DNA of 64,000 bases from Sedimentisphaerales bacterium. GTDB taxonomy: Bacteria; Planctomycetota; Phycisphaerae; Sedimentisphaerales; SM23-30. The notes under the pieces were generated by a model. The model was not told the DNA's origin and ran no database searches. It worked only from the letters and a program-made list of their open reading frames with translations. The translations under genes and the position numbers were made by a program. The stretch covers positions 128,001 to 192,000 of the forward strand of contig CAXXMR010000013.1 of the NCBI GenBank assembly GCA_963663805.2, in the 5' to 3' direction. Below are positions 31,568 to 41,319 of the stretch, in pieces (within the stretch, counting starts at the first letter, position 1; each line of letters opens with the position of its first letter).

Positions 31568-31816
31568 GAACAATTGTTCCTCTAACAGAGAATTCTCAAA
31601 GACCAGACTGACTGTTTGTGCTTGCCGTAAATCCTGACTGGATTCCGGTACAACGCCTTTGTCGGCGATGCTGCTGTCGCAAGACGGATTTTTCCAGAAA
31701 GCCCATCCTTCTCGGACAAGATCCTCAGTAAGCCCCAGACAAAAGCCCAAGGCGAAAGACAACAAAAGCATCCATACGGTGTTGTACATTTGTTTCTCAA
31801 TCACAGAGGTCTCCAA
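31556..31816 (-). CDS. small membrane protein; IS66 inserted at its last codon
   Basis: Hydrophobic VWMLLLSFALGFCLGL. Removing the IS restores ...EEQLF-TAA. Confidence 0.5.
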   Translation of the reverse strand: METSVIEKQMYNTVWMLLLSFALGFCLGLTEDLVREGWAFWKNPSCDSSIADKGVVPESSQDLRQAQTVSLVFENSLLEEQLFVTF

Positions 31817-32035
31817 TCCTATACGAAAACTTTATAGTCATAATTTATGTAAAACAACAACATCCCTATATAAAACTTGTCCCTGAAAGGCTCTACACAG
31901 GTCTGACATTAGATAGCAAAAGTAATTGCGATAGCTCTATAGTGTAATGTCCTGGTACAAAACCTATACGACATCATTCAATATTTTACTCAAGTTGTCA
32001 TATCAGGATACTTTTTGCTTTAAAGTGTTTTTGTT

Positions 32036-34114
32036 TTATCTGAAAATACTATTGTCACAGTAATTCACTTGGCGCGAAAGCCATTGATTCCACTTGAGTT
32101 TGCCAATTGTGTGGCAGGCAACAATCATTAATGTATCACCTTGTTTACTTTCAGCAAGATATATCGGCAATCCGATATATGAATGATTTTCAAGTGCCCC
32201 CTGCCACAACTTCCAGAATATGATGCGTAATTGTTCATCTATTTCATGAGTAGGTCGGGAAGAGGAATAGACCTGTTTTGAACATATTTCTGGAATATCT
32301 GCCAGTAACAGTTTGTCAAAAAATCTGGGTATTTTTGCAAAATCATTCTGAACATAATATCCTCTTGTTGATGCACCAATGATCCCTTTCCCGATTAGCC
32401 TGGCTATGTTGGCATCTATTACCGACGATGATGATCCAGGCACAATGATATCTTTTGCTGCCGTCACTTTTGTGCCTGTTTCTCTCAAGAACTTGAATAT
32501 GTCTAACTCACCATTTAGACCTCTGTAAAGGTTATCGACCGCTACAGTATATCGTGGCAGCAATCTACGCACTAATGTGCCATTCCTTATATCATAAAGT
32601 ATTCTGGAAAAATGGTTATCTTCCCGTACAGTACCATATATAAAAGGAAAGTATTTTAACTTTATATGCCAGATCCGATCAGGGTATATCTCACTTAACC
32701 ATTTAACAATATCGTCCTGCTGAACCAGCACTCTGGCAAATGCGGATATTGGTGTGTGATAAATCTGCTTGTCATTCTGAACCTCTTCTGCATGTGGTAA
32801 AATTGTATTGTGATTGCTATGGTTTACTGTTAAAGCGTTCATTTCTTGCTTATTGGCAGACTCTTTCTGAGATAGATCTATATCCGGATCGTCATTCTCT
32901 AGCTCTTTACAATCAAATGATTCACATAAAGTCTGGATTTCCAGATCAGTAACAAGGGGTGCCTGTAATCGGATGACTTTACCATACGGCGGCTCAGAAA
33001 CAAGCATGTCACCCTTGCTTTTGAGAATTTCTGCGCCAGGCTGATCAAGTATCACCCGGCTGTCGATCTGGCTGGGCAGATTGAACGCGATGCGTCCGGG
33101 CAGATTGATTTTGATACTGCCTTGAATAATGTCAACACTTGGTCTTTGAGTCGCCAATATTACAATAATACCGCAGGCACGCCCTTGCTGTGTAATTTTA
33201 CGCAACAAGCCTTCCACTTCTTCATTTTTTCCATCCATCAGAACCTGGACTTCATCAATAATCAACAATATGGCCGGTAACTCTTCAAGCGGACCTTCAT
33301 TTTCATCCTCCGCTTCACAAAGACACTGTTGATTATATATCCAAATGTCAGAGAGGTTTTGATTCTGCAATAAATCTCTCCTGCGTTCCATTTCTTCCGT
33401 CAACCACCTCAAGGCATTTACCGCCTTTTCCTTTTCGGTTATTACCGGACATAATAAATGTGGAATCTTATTGAAGACAGCCAGATCGATTCCCTTTCCA
33501 TCTACCAGAATGATCCTGAGCTGCTTACTCTCGCAAGTCATGGCGATCGTGGTAATAATGGCCCTAAGTAGATTACTCTTTCCAGAACCAGTGGCACCAC
33601 CGAGAAGCTGATGGTGACACTCTGCCAAGTCCAATACAAGAGGATGCCCCAGGTAGTCTTCACCGGCCACACAGGGTATTCTATAATCGTGTTTTTTAAC
33701 ATCATCGATAAAACTTTCGATCCTGACAGGCGCGCATTCTTTCTCAGGAACGATTACCGCGATCTGGGAGGTTTCAGGAATCGGAGCCAGAATCGATATC
33801 CCTGAGGTTTCAAGGGCTATTTCAAGTATACGTCTCAGGGTACTGTCGATTCTGACTATATCATGCAAACGATGTTTGTCTAACTCATAGAAATAAGTTG
33901 TGGTGCGTGTAGCGGACACTTTCTTGACATATGTTGCCTTTATGTCACGGTAATTGAATTGCTGACTGATCTTGATGATTATTTCATTCTGGCGGTTTAT
34001 GTTTTGTTTGCTCGTGACAATGTCATAATTATGAATTTCTGAATCCTTGGAGATTCCGGTATTTTCGGCTACGTCACAACCAGTCTCTGAGCTTACATAC
34101 TGTTTTTCGGCCAT
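32036..34114 (-). CDS. FtsK/SpoIIIE-domain ATPase without N-terminal membrane anchor
   Basis: GATGSGKS Walker A, LLIIDE Walker B, GRACGIIVILATQRPS, RIAF...DSRVILDQPGAE.L..KGDML; long unrelated C-terminal domain. Confidence 0.9.
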   Translation of the reverse strand: MAEKQYVSSETGCDVAENTGISKDSEIHNYDIVTSKQNINRQNEIIIKISQQFNYRDIKATYVKKVSATRTTTYFYELDKHRLHDIVRIDSTLRRILEIALETSGISILAPIPETSQIAVIVPEKECAPVRIESFIDDVKKHDYRIPCVAGEDYLGHPLVLDLAECHHQLLGGATGSGKSNLLRAIITTIAMTCESKQLRIILVDGKGIDLAVFNKIPHLLCPVITEKEKAVNALRWLTEEMERRRDLLQNQNLSDIWIYNQQCLCEAEDENEGPLEELPAILLIIDEVQVLMDGKNEEVEGLLRKITQQGRACGIIVILATQRPSVDIIQGSIKINLPGRIAFNLPSQIDSRVILDQPGAEILKSKGDMLVSEPPYGKVIRLQAPLVTDLEIQTLCESFDCKELENDDPDIDLSQKESANKQEMNALTVNHSNHNTILPHAEEVQNDKQIYHTPISAFARVLVQQDDIVKWLSEIYPDRIWHIKLKYFPFIYGTVREDNHFSRILYDIRNGTLVRRLLPRYTVAVDNLYRGLNGELDIFKFLRETGTKVTAAKDIIVPGSSSSVIDANIARLIGKGIIGASTRGYYVQNDFAKIPRFFDKLLLADIPEICSKQVYSSSRPTHEIDEQLRIIFWKLWQGALENHSYIGLPIYLAESKQGDTLMIVACHTIGKLKWNQWLSRQVNYCDNSIFR

Positions 34115-34275
34115 AATTATGCCTCTGTAAATTAATGATTTCTATTGACTTTCTGCTGTGCTTTTACGCAAACACCGGACACTAAAATCTCTCAGACAAC
34201 TTATGTGATTAACTGTTCAAATATTATGACTTCAGAATAAATATTCAGAAACAGATAGTTCGACAAGAGTTATAA

Positions 34276-34623
34276 TCATTCATTGGATACAGATGTATTT
34301 GCCTTAGTTCTCGGGGGAATACTTGAGATAATCTCCGGATCTGATGCAGAGCGATTATTATCAACAGATGTCTTATTGTGAAGAAAATCGTTCAATATTG
34401 AGTACTGTTGCTCCATGTATGGAAGAATCACTCCTCCCCGTAAAACACCGTGACTGTATTTGTCAAATACAGGATGATCCATTAGAAGTGATATGCTTAT
34501 CAAAACTACCAGACCCACCAGAGAACCGAAAATCAATCGCCCCAGCCATTTAAAGAAGCCACATATCCCCAGTATAACGCATAAGAAAAAAACAACCGCT
34601 GCTATTATATCACTCAATGACAT
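34276..34623 (-). CDS. two-TM membrane protein
   Basis: Two hydrophobic segments; GAGG RBS. Confidence 0.65.
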   Translation of the reverse strand: MSLSDIIAAVVFFLCVILGICGFFKWLGRLIFGSLVGLVVLISISLLMDHPVFDKYSHGVLRGGVILPYMEQQYSILNDFLHNKTSVDNNRSASDPEIISSIPPRTKANTSVSNE

Positions 34624-34786
34624 TTGCGGTACCTCCGTTCATGTTGCCAATAGAGTCTATTATTGTATCGGTATTCTTACCGGAACCAAATCCAGCTTTG
34701 CTGAAACTCGGGATAGCAAAATATGAATGATCATGTATTTGCATCCTCAGGTTTGACTTATCAACAGGAAATGACACAGTTTCACA

Positions 34787-35254
34787 TCAGGGAATGGTTT
34801 GGTCTGAGATTACGAGATCTTCATTTGGTGGTGTCTGCAACTTACCGTGCTTCAGAGCGATGATCTCCATTTCAGCATCGAAAGCTTCATTTGTTGTTGT
34901 ATCATATTCGACTTCCAGCATGTTCTTTTGAGTTTGCACGGCTTTCTCGCAGATATCATTCAGTTTCGTGTATATCTCACCGAGTTCTGATGTATTTCTT
35001 CTGACGTCAATATTCTCTTCCAGCACAACAACAGCCTTCTCAGTCTGTTCTACTGGTTGCACTATCGGGTCTGGTGCCTTAAGTCCTTCTTGTGGTACTG
35101 TCTCTATGGCTGGCTCAATTGCAGGTTCTATTACAGTAGATTGAGACTCGACTTCAGAATATCTTTCTTCGCACCCACCCAAGGCTAAAAACAATGCTGA
35201 GATTACTATACCGATCATGGTAATCAGCATACGTATCGCTTTATTGTTATTCAT
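34787..35254 (-). CDS. putative lipoprotein
   Basis: Signal-like N-terminus ending LGGC; acidic, Pro-rich linker. Confidence 0.65.
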   Translation of the reverse strand: MNNNKAIRMLITMIGIVISALFLALGGCEERYSEVESQSTVIEPAIEPAIETVPQEGLKAPDPIVQPVEQTEKAVVVLEENIDVRRNTSELGEIYTKLNDICEKAVQTQKNMLEVEYDTTTNEAFDAEMEIIALKHGKLQTPPNEDLVISDQTIP

Positions 35255-35271
35255 AATAGATTCACCTTTCT

Positions 35272-35982
35272 TTATGTTCGGGCTATGCTTGTTATAAGCA
35301 ATTCATAACCGTTTTCATTGTTGACGATTTGCGCTTCCATGTATGATACTTGCGAACTGTTTAAACCCTTGGAGCGTAAGACCTGTTTTTGAATACTGAC
35401 CCATTGATAATCGATATCCGTAGGTACAATTATCCAGAAACACTGAACGTTTTCTTGGCATTGATTGAGTACATTAATACCAAAAAAGTGCGACGATATA
35501 GTTCTTACACGATTGCTGTAGCCGGAGAGTTCGCCAGAAAACCTGTTGACAAGTATGTTTCTTTCAAAACAAAGCTCACCAATTGGCTTATTACTGTTAT
35601 TCACAGGAATTACCCTCAGATTGAGCGCCTTGGACACTTGAATCAGGTGTTCCGGGCTATCCCAAATCAATCTCAGAGATGGAAGGCCCTCATCACCATC
35701 TGCAGCATAATCGCCCAGGCTGTCCGGAATATCGCCTTGCGTGGAATCTGTAACCACTTGATCAAATGACTCTTTCGGTGGTCTACTCGGCAGCGATAAT
35801 GGTTTTCCAGGATCAGGTGGCGTCCTTTCCGGAGGCTTCGGGAGAGGTGGTATCAGGATTCTGGCAACCTTCTTTGGTTCGACTTCTTCTGCTTTGAGAG
35901 TATTCTTGTCAAAGTCCAGGAAAAGTAGAGAGTGAACTAGAACAGCTATGATTACGCCGATAATAAAAGTACTCTTTGACAT
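35272..35982 (-). CDS. TonB-like membrane-anchored proline-rich protein
   Basis: N-terminal TM ending VLVHSLL (His as in TonB anchors), then PPLPKPPERTPPDP; follows exbBD-like genes. Confidence 0.55.
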   Translation of the reverse strand: MSKSTFIIGVIIAVLVHSLLFLDFDKNTLKAEEVEPKKVARILIPPLPKPPERTPPDPGKPLSLPSRPPKESFDQVVTDSTQGDIPDSLGDYAADGDEGLPSLRLIWDSPEHLIQVSKALNLRVIPVNNSNKPIGELCFERNILVNRFSGELSGYSNRVRTISSHFFGINVLNQCQENVQCFWIIVPTDIDYQWVSIQKQVLRSKGLNSSQVSYMEAQIVNNENGYELLITSIART

Positions 35983-35995
35983 TTTTGTATCCTTT

Positions 35996-36361
35996 CTAAT
36001 TTTTTTGTCGTTCTTCAACTTCAATCGAAACCTGTGCGCCTGCCTGAGCCAGACAGGAAATTAAACTAACGGTTCTTTCGGTAGGTAAATCTTTAGATAT
36101 CCGCAGGATAATTTTCTGGTTTTTGGCCATATCTGTCAGTTGCGGTTCTGTTATAGAGATTCCGTCAATGACCATTTGATCTGCAGTCACAGAAAGAATC
36201 TTGAACTTGTCAGTCTGTACAATTGCTGCCCCAGTTCCCACCCTGGTTATCTCAACCGGGAGAGCATGTACTACCTCCATCTGGGTCATTGTGGCGAGTA
36301 TGCCGCCCAGAGCAAGGAATACCAAGTCACATAATGGTAATATTGCCGCCATCGATTTCAT
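35996..36361 (-). CDS. ExbD/TolR-like protein
   Basis: ILPLCDLVFLAL TM with the conserved Asp, LPVEI, LRISKDLP. Confidence 0.75.
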   Translation of the reverse strand: MKSMAAILPLCDLVFLALGGILATMTQMEVVHALPVEITRVGTGAAIVQTDKFKILSVTADQMVIDGISITEPQLTDMAKNQKIILRISKDLPTERTVSLISCLAQAGAQVSIEVEERQKN

Positions 36362-36370
36362 ACTGCACCT

Positions 36371-36727
36371 CTATTTGTTCAGAATATTCAGTAAGTAAGA
36401 GCCGAGGGTAGCTATCAGACTGGTCGCTATGCCTACTCCAGTAGTCCAGTATGCGACTGACAGGCCGCTCGCCAAAGTACTCACATTTACACCTTGTTGA
36501 AATCCGCTAAAAGCCGAGATAAAACCCGCCACTGACCCGAAGAGTCCCAGAGATACCGCCATGCCTGCAAGAGGCTCCAGGCTGTCTTTCCATGGTCTTT
36601 GGCCTGCATGTACTTCACCTCGGTTTAGAGCCACAAGATAACTGACAATCAATGTTATCACAGCAATGCTAAGGAGAAGTTGAGGCCAGAATAGAAGACC
36701 GCAGCGTTTTATTAGAATATCGACCAT
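36371..36727 (-). CDS. short MotA/TolQ/ExbB proton-channel protein
   Basis: AVSLGLFGSVAGFISAF...LASGLSVAYWTTGVGI. Confidence 0.8.
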   Translation of the reverse strand: MVDILIKRCGLLFWPQLLLSIAVITLIVSYLVALNRGEVHAGQRPWKDSLEPLAGMAVSLGLFGSVAGFISAFSGFQQGVNVSTLASGLSVAYWTTGVGIATSLIATLGSYLLNILNK

Positions 36728-36739
36728 TATTTATCTCCC

Positions 36740-37258
36740 TTATTTTTTGACTGCTATTGATGCCTTGGATGAAGTATTTGACGCTTTTTCCTTGGAGGTT
36801 TTTTCCTCATGTGAGTCCAGGGTGATAATCGGCAGAGTTGTTCCTTCAGCAATTTTCCTGGCCTGTAGAGTGAATCTCTCCCTGATAACTTCATCTGCAG
36901 GGGCAAAAATTCGCTTCTTTTCATCCGGAATATTGCTCTTATCCAGTCCATCTTTTCCGTCCGGGATATCCCACCCGTGCCGCAGTGAGATAATTGTCAG
37001 CCTATCCATGATGCGGTCTCTTTTATCACCAAGAGCCACTATTTTTGACTTGGTTTCCAGCGATATCTGATCGCCCTCTTTCTTTTCAGACATTGCCTGC
37101 CTGATGGTATTGTCATACTCCGCTTCAACAGTTGTGAGTTCCCGCAAGAGTCCCTGGAATCTTGTTTTATCAGTTCTGGCATCATCCGCGGCGAAAACCT
37201 GGCAGCCAAAAAACGAAACAAATGTCAAAGCTATCACAGTTAATCTGGTTTTCATCAC
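36740..37258 (-). CDS. secreted helical protein
   Basis: Signal peptide ending QVFA. Confidence 0.65.
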   Translation of the reverse strand: MMKTRLTVIALTFVSFFGCQVFAADDARTDKTRFQGLLRELTTVEAEYDNTIRQAMSEKKEGDQISLETKSKIVALGDKRDRIMDRLTIISLRHGWDIPDGKDGLDKSNIPDEKKRIFAPADEVIRERFTLQARKIAEGTTLPIITLDSHEEKTSKEKASNTSSKASIAVKK

Positions 37259-37278
37259 AAGTTCCTTTCACATAAGGG

Positions 37279-38247
37279 TTATTTAGATGTGTACTGCTCT
37301 ATGGCATCGTCAATTTCTTGTTCGTTATACTCAAAGACAGGCCCACTCTGAGAAGTGTTTTTATTTATATTATCTGCGAGTCTCTCAGATAAAAGGTTGA
37401 TTTTGTTTCCAAACATATCTATGCTTGCGTTTACATTTTCCAGCTCTCCACCCAGAACCGCAAATCCATCACCTGCACTGTTCATCTGGGCAAGCACCTC
37501 TGATAACTCTTCAGCCTCGATTAGACCTCCGAGGATTTCACAATAGGTATTTACAAATTCAGACTGGCCTTCCAGCAATATGCGTGTTCTCTCCAAGGCA
37601 AAGGTGCTGTTAGTTAGCTGCATTTCCAGATTGGACAAAGACTCTATGATTTTAACGTATAGGTTTTGCTGGGCCGGGCCTAGATCGATCATACCTGACT
37701 GTTCTGTCAATTTCCGAAGGCCGAGAATATTGGCAAATACCATTTTCAGGCGTTGCTTACGCTCTTGATTTTTTTCATTTTTAATTGTCTCAGCTATATT
37801 TGAAAGCCTTTTGTCATAGTTCTTCAGGCTCTCTTTTACCTTCTCTGCTGGCTCACCGGTATTGACTCTGGCCAGCATAAGTCGGATTTTCTCGATAGTG
37901 CCGGATAAAGCATCCTGTCCTTTCCAGAGCGGATCGGTGATGTCTGACCAATTATCTGTAAATCTGTTCATCTCGTCTCTGAGTTCTTCCAGGGCTTCAA
38001 GAAGAACCTCTTTGTCGAGATCTTTTTCATCGAGACACTGATTGACACGATCAAATTTCTCAAGCAACTGACTGTTTTTGATGCGCTCCGAGAGGGGTGA
38101 GGTTGCCTTTTCTATAGAGGCCTTCAATTCTTCTACATTGAGCACTACTTCCCTGTCTTTTTCTACTGCCTGCAATACCGGTATCAGCATCACTGCAATG
38201 AGAATCGCCAGTGCAGCGATTTTATTCGAATGAGCATTTGTCTTCAT
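37279..38247 (-). CDS. secreted coiled-coil protein
   Basis: Signal peptide ending VLQA; long E/K/L-rich heptad-like body; AGGAGA RBS. Confidence 0.7.
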   Translation of the reverse strand: MKTNAHSNKIAALAILIAVMLIPVLQAVEKDREVVLNVEELKASIEKATSPLSERIKNSQLLEKFDRVNQCLDEKDLDKEVLLEALEELRDEMNRFTDNWSDITDPLWKGQDALSGTIEKIRLMLARVNTGEPAEKVKESLKNYDKRLSNIAETIKNEKNQERKQRLKMVFANILGLRKLTEQSGMIDLGPAQQNLYVKIIESLSNLEMQLTNSTFALERTRILLEGQSEFVNTYCEILGGLIEAEELSEVLAQMNSAGDGFAVLGGELENVNASIDMFGNKINLLSERLADNINKNTSQSGPVFEYNEQEIDDAIEQYTSK

Positions 38248-38281
38248 TTTATATCTCCTGGTATAAGGTTAACCTGAAATG

Positions 38282-38857
38282 TTATTTGTCTAAGGACACC
38301 TCTTTTTCCATCTTGTTAACGGAATATTGAAGGTCAACGTTCCGTATTGCCTTGAAATATCTCAACGCAACCCTGGGATTACCCTTCTCATACTCAGTCA
38401 GACCACGTGTCAGAGACAATAAATCTGCAATTCTGCCGTTATCTTCTGGCTGTTCATATCTGCTGTCAGCATCCACAAAATATCTTTCCGCATCAGCATA
38501 TCTTGTTTCCCTCAAGCAGACTTTACCCATAAGCTCCATTGCATAAGGGTCTTGAGAGTTGGTGTCCAGCAGAGTTTTGGCGAGCTGACAAGCCTCAATG
38601 GTATTTCCCTTACCGAGATAGGCCTCAACCATCAGGCGAACTGACTGAGATTTATTGTAACTTTCTTCGTCTGCGATTTTCTGCGCCTCCTCAAGTTGTG
38701 CAATAGCAGTGTCATATCGTTGCTGCTTAATCTGGCTATAAGCGGTATTCACCCGCTTATCATATTTAGCCCTGGCTATATTATTTTGCGAACACCCGGT
38801 ACTTGCCAGCAAAACAACTGACAATATCACCAAACTTGACAATATTTTTATCTTCAT
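38282..38857 (-). CDS. TPR-repeat lipoprotein
   Basis: Lipobox-like STGC; TPR-like AYLGKGN..EA, LMGKVCL...Y.DAE.YF. Confidence 0.75.
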   Translation of the reverse strand: MKIKILSSLVILSVVLLASTGCSQNNIARAKYDKRVNTAYSQIKQQRYDTAIAQLEEAQKIADEESYNKSQSVRLMVEAYLGKGNTIEACQLAKTLLDTNSQDPYAMELMGKVCLRETRYADAERYFVDADSRYEQPEDNGRIADLLSLTRGLTEYEKGNPRVALRYFKAIRNVDLQYSVNKMEKEVSLDK

Positions 38858-39020
38858 CTTTAGGTTCCTTTCAAAAATCTGAGATTCTCTTTTTAGATTC
38901 TTTGCTACAGTATTTTTGTCTACAGGACACCTCCCTTCATAAAATCAAAAAGGCCCGAAATCTGATTGCTGAAAGCCAGCATTCATGTTATTCCGGGCCG
39001 GTTACCAGCTGTCGGTGTAT

Positions 39021-39242
39021 TTACTTTATCCTTCTTGGTTTTTCGGTAGGCTCAATGCCTGAAATCCTTAAACCGGTGTCATTACCCTTCAAATCCTTTA
39101 CCATGCCCAAAGGTCCTAATTTCAGACCCGTATCACGATCAAAGTGGTCAAGGATCCTCCCAAAGGAATTCACTTTGTGATTAGAAAGCGAGCCGAATGG
39201 ATTTGTGATTCTGCCGGGCGGGTTAAAGCTTCTAAAGTTCAT
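39021..39242 (-). CDS. hypothetical small protein
   Basis: 73-aa ORF with AAGGAG RBS. Confidence 0.55.
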   Translation of the reverse strand: MNFRSFNPPGRITNPFGSLSNHKVNSFGRILDHFDRDTGLKLGPLGMVKDLKGNDTGLRISGIEPTEKPRRIK

Positions 39243-39354
39243 TTGTTTCTCCTTAAAAAGTTAATATTGATTCCTTCCCTAATTGACTCAGTCCACTTCG
39301 AATTTTATATAATTCTCGATATCATTATGAAAAGACATAAAGGCACTTGGCCTG

Positions 39355-39663
39355 TTAATCACCAAGACTTTTGTCGTTTTCTGCAGTATGATCTACAGGT
39401 GCCTCAGGATCTATTTTAGATGAGTTAGTTTGGTTTACGTGTTCATCGGAAGAACCCGTTATTATCGAAATTGCGACTTCCTTGCTGACTTTTGGCATCT
39501 TTTCTATGAATGGTTCCTTTTGGTTCAGGATGCTGCTGATTATCATGGCTAAGAGAATTGGCAGACCCAAGCCTGCCCAGCGATCAAATACCTTTCGACA
39601 TCGCTCTACACCATTATTCATGAGTATTGTGACGGTCTGATAAAAGGCTCTTATGCTGCGCAT
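39355..39663 (-). CDS. hypothetical single-TM protein
   Basis: AAAGGA RBS; WAGLGLPILLAMIISSIL. Confidence 0.55.
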   Translation of the reverse strand: MRSIRAFYQTVTILMNNGVERCRKVFDRWAGLGLPILLAMIISSILNQKEPFIEKMPKVSKEVAISIITGSSDEHVNQTNSSKIDPEAPVDHTAENDKSLGD

Positions 39664-39832
39664 GATTTGTTCCTTTCTGAAATGGGTAACTGGTAATGCG
39701 AATAACTAATTGTCAATCCGTTAGAACACTATCAGCTTATCCGTGAATAGTACTTTTCTTGACTATTTAATGTTAACTCATCCTTCAATAAATCATAAGT
39801 CTATGCCGGCAAGTTTAAGCTAAATAATCGAC

Positions 39833-40333
39833 TCAACTTGAGTCCTGGCTCTCGTCTCTGGGTTTTTCCTCCTTGTCTTTCACCTCGTGCTTAAAAACCT
39901 TGTCAGGATTATGCCAATCCATATGACATTTAAGGCACTGCTTAGCCTTGGGTGTGCATAAAGGTTGACTGCAGTACGGACATAGCCTCACATCTGGATC
40001 CTTTTGCCGATCTATCTGTGATGGTTTATGGTCTTCGGCAAGTAAGTTATTGTGTTCATCATTCACTGTTTCAGATTTTGGTTCATCCTCCAGTAGATGA
40101 CGCAACATGGCATTCTCCTTGCGGGTGACTTCAAGATCAAAGAGAAGGTATTTTACGTTGATACGCAAAAAGTCAATTCCTTCCAGATTGTTCCATTCCA
40201 TAGAAGCACCATCGCAAGGTTGAGGACCACTTATGATTTTGCAGATTCTCTGGTCGCTTTCCTCATCAAGACAAATTCCGGAAGTTTCTTTAATTAACTC
40301 CTCCAACTGTACTGCTAACACTCGATCATCCAT
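39833..40333 (-). CDS. hypothetical protein with coiled motif and C-terminal zinc ribbon
   Basis: GAGGTG RBS at the ATG at 40333; DFLRINVKYLLFDLEVTRKEN motif, which I recall from Planctomycetota small proteins; CPYC...CLKC. Confidence 0.6.
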   Translation of the reverse strand: MDDRVLAVQLEELIKETSGICLDEESDQRICKIISGPQPCDGASMEWNNLEGIDFLRINVKYLLFDLEVTRKENAMLRHLLEDEPKSETVNDEHNNLLAEDHKPSQIDRQKDPDVRLCPYCSQPLCTPKAKQCLKCHMDWHNPDKVFKHEVKDKEEKPRDESQDSS

Positions 40334-40509
40334 AGAACACCTCTTTTCCAAAGTTATGGTTAGTAGATACTTTTGACTCGCGGGTCTTATATCCTTGAAA
40401 TTCAAATCAAAGAGGCCCGACAATACTGCTTTGCCGAGCCTCTCGTAAAAGAAATTGCTAAAACAGACTACATTTTATAATGATGGTTCCGACCAGAACC
40501 GCCATCGGT

Positions 40510-40869
40510 CTACCGCAATAGAGAAGCAGTCGCTTGATGCTTAAGGTGTCGCCTCGATCCCAAAGCCACTTTTCCTCCGATCATGTGCCTAACTAGAGCT
40601 TGACGCACCAACTCGTTCACATCCTCGCGGATCCCGAATGAGTCACAGGCTCGACCCAATAAGCAGTCATGTCGGACCAGGTGCCAAAGCTCTGGCGTCA
40701 AGGCTTGGCCAGGTTTACTATAACTTACGACTCTACGTTTAATCTCACGCTCCACTATGCTGAGCATGCGCCGCTGTGCCTGTTGAGGATATTGGGTGTT
40801 GTCCTCAATAAGGTTATAAACAGCTTTAATCTGTCTTTGCATACGGCGACGTTTGGTTCGATTCATCAC
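40510..40869 (-). CDS. hypothetical basic protein
   Basis: AGGAGG RBS; first ORF downstream of the tandem sigma54 sites. Confidence 0.6.
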   Translation of the reverse strand: MMNRTKRRRMQRQIKAVYNLIEDNTQYPQQAQRRMLSIVEREIKRRVVSYSKPGQALTPELWHLVRHDCLLGRACDSFGIREDVNELVRQALVRHMIGGKVALGSRRHLKHQATASLLR

Positions 40870-41046
40870 ACGGCCTCCTGTGAAAAATGTCTAAACGGGA
40901 ACCTTCCTTTCACCACTGACTTCTGGTGAGAATAATACCTAAGAATTCTGCCTATTCACAGATTGGATTATGTGGGTAGCAAAACCCCACAACTACCACT
41001 AGCCGAACGCAACCGGGCAATAGCCCGCGGCGGCGAGTCAATAAGT

Positions 41047-41089
41047 CGCAAAATGTGTGCCAATTAACAATTTAGCAAAATGCGTACCA
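41047..41089 (-). promoter_or_regulatory. two tandem sigma54 (-24/-12) promoter motifs
   Basis: Minus strand TGGTACGCATTTTGCT (41074-41089) and TGGCACACATTTTGCG (41047-41062), 27 bp apart. Confidence 0.75.
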
Positions 41090-41319
41090 AAGGTCGATAA
41101 CTTGGGCATATAGACGATATGTTCTTAATGATAGAATCTGTAAGTTGCTATTTTATAGACACATGCGTTATGTGCAGAATATTCCGGCAGATAACGTCAT
41201 GCTTTCGAGGGGGTGGAACCAGAGAAAAGAGATAATTTACACCGTAATCAGGCTGTTGTTTTGTAACGTTGAAGTTTTTAGATGGTAACGGGGAGATTTC
41301 GAGGCATAGACGATTGGTC

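Noticed and set aside
31568..31579. LexA (GAAC-N4-GTTC) box
   Set aside because: It lies in the last codons of a gene and is a single occurrence; no promoter context supports it.
35996..36727. Zorya ZorAB
   Set aside because: No long ZorA tail and no OmpA-like peptidoglycan-binding domain; the ExbD-type TM motif fits better.
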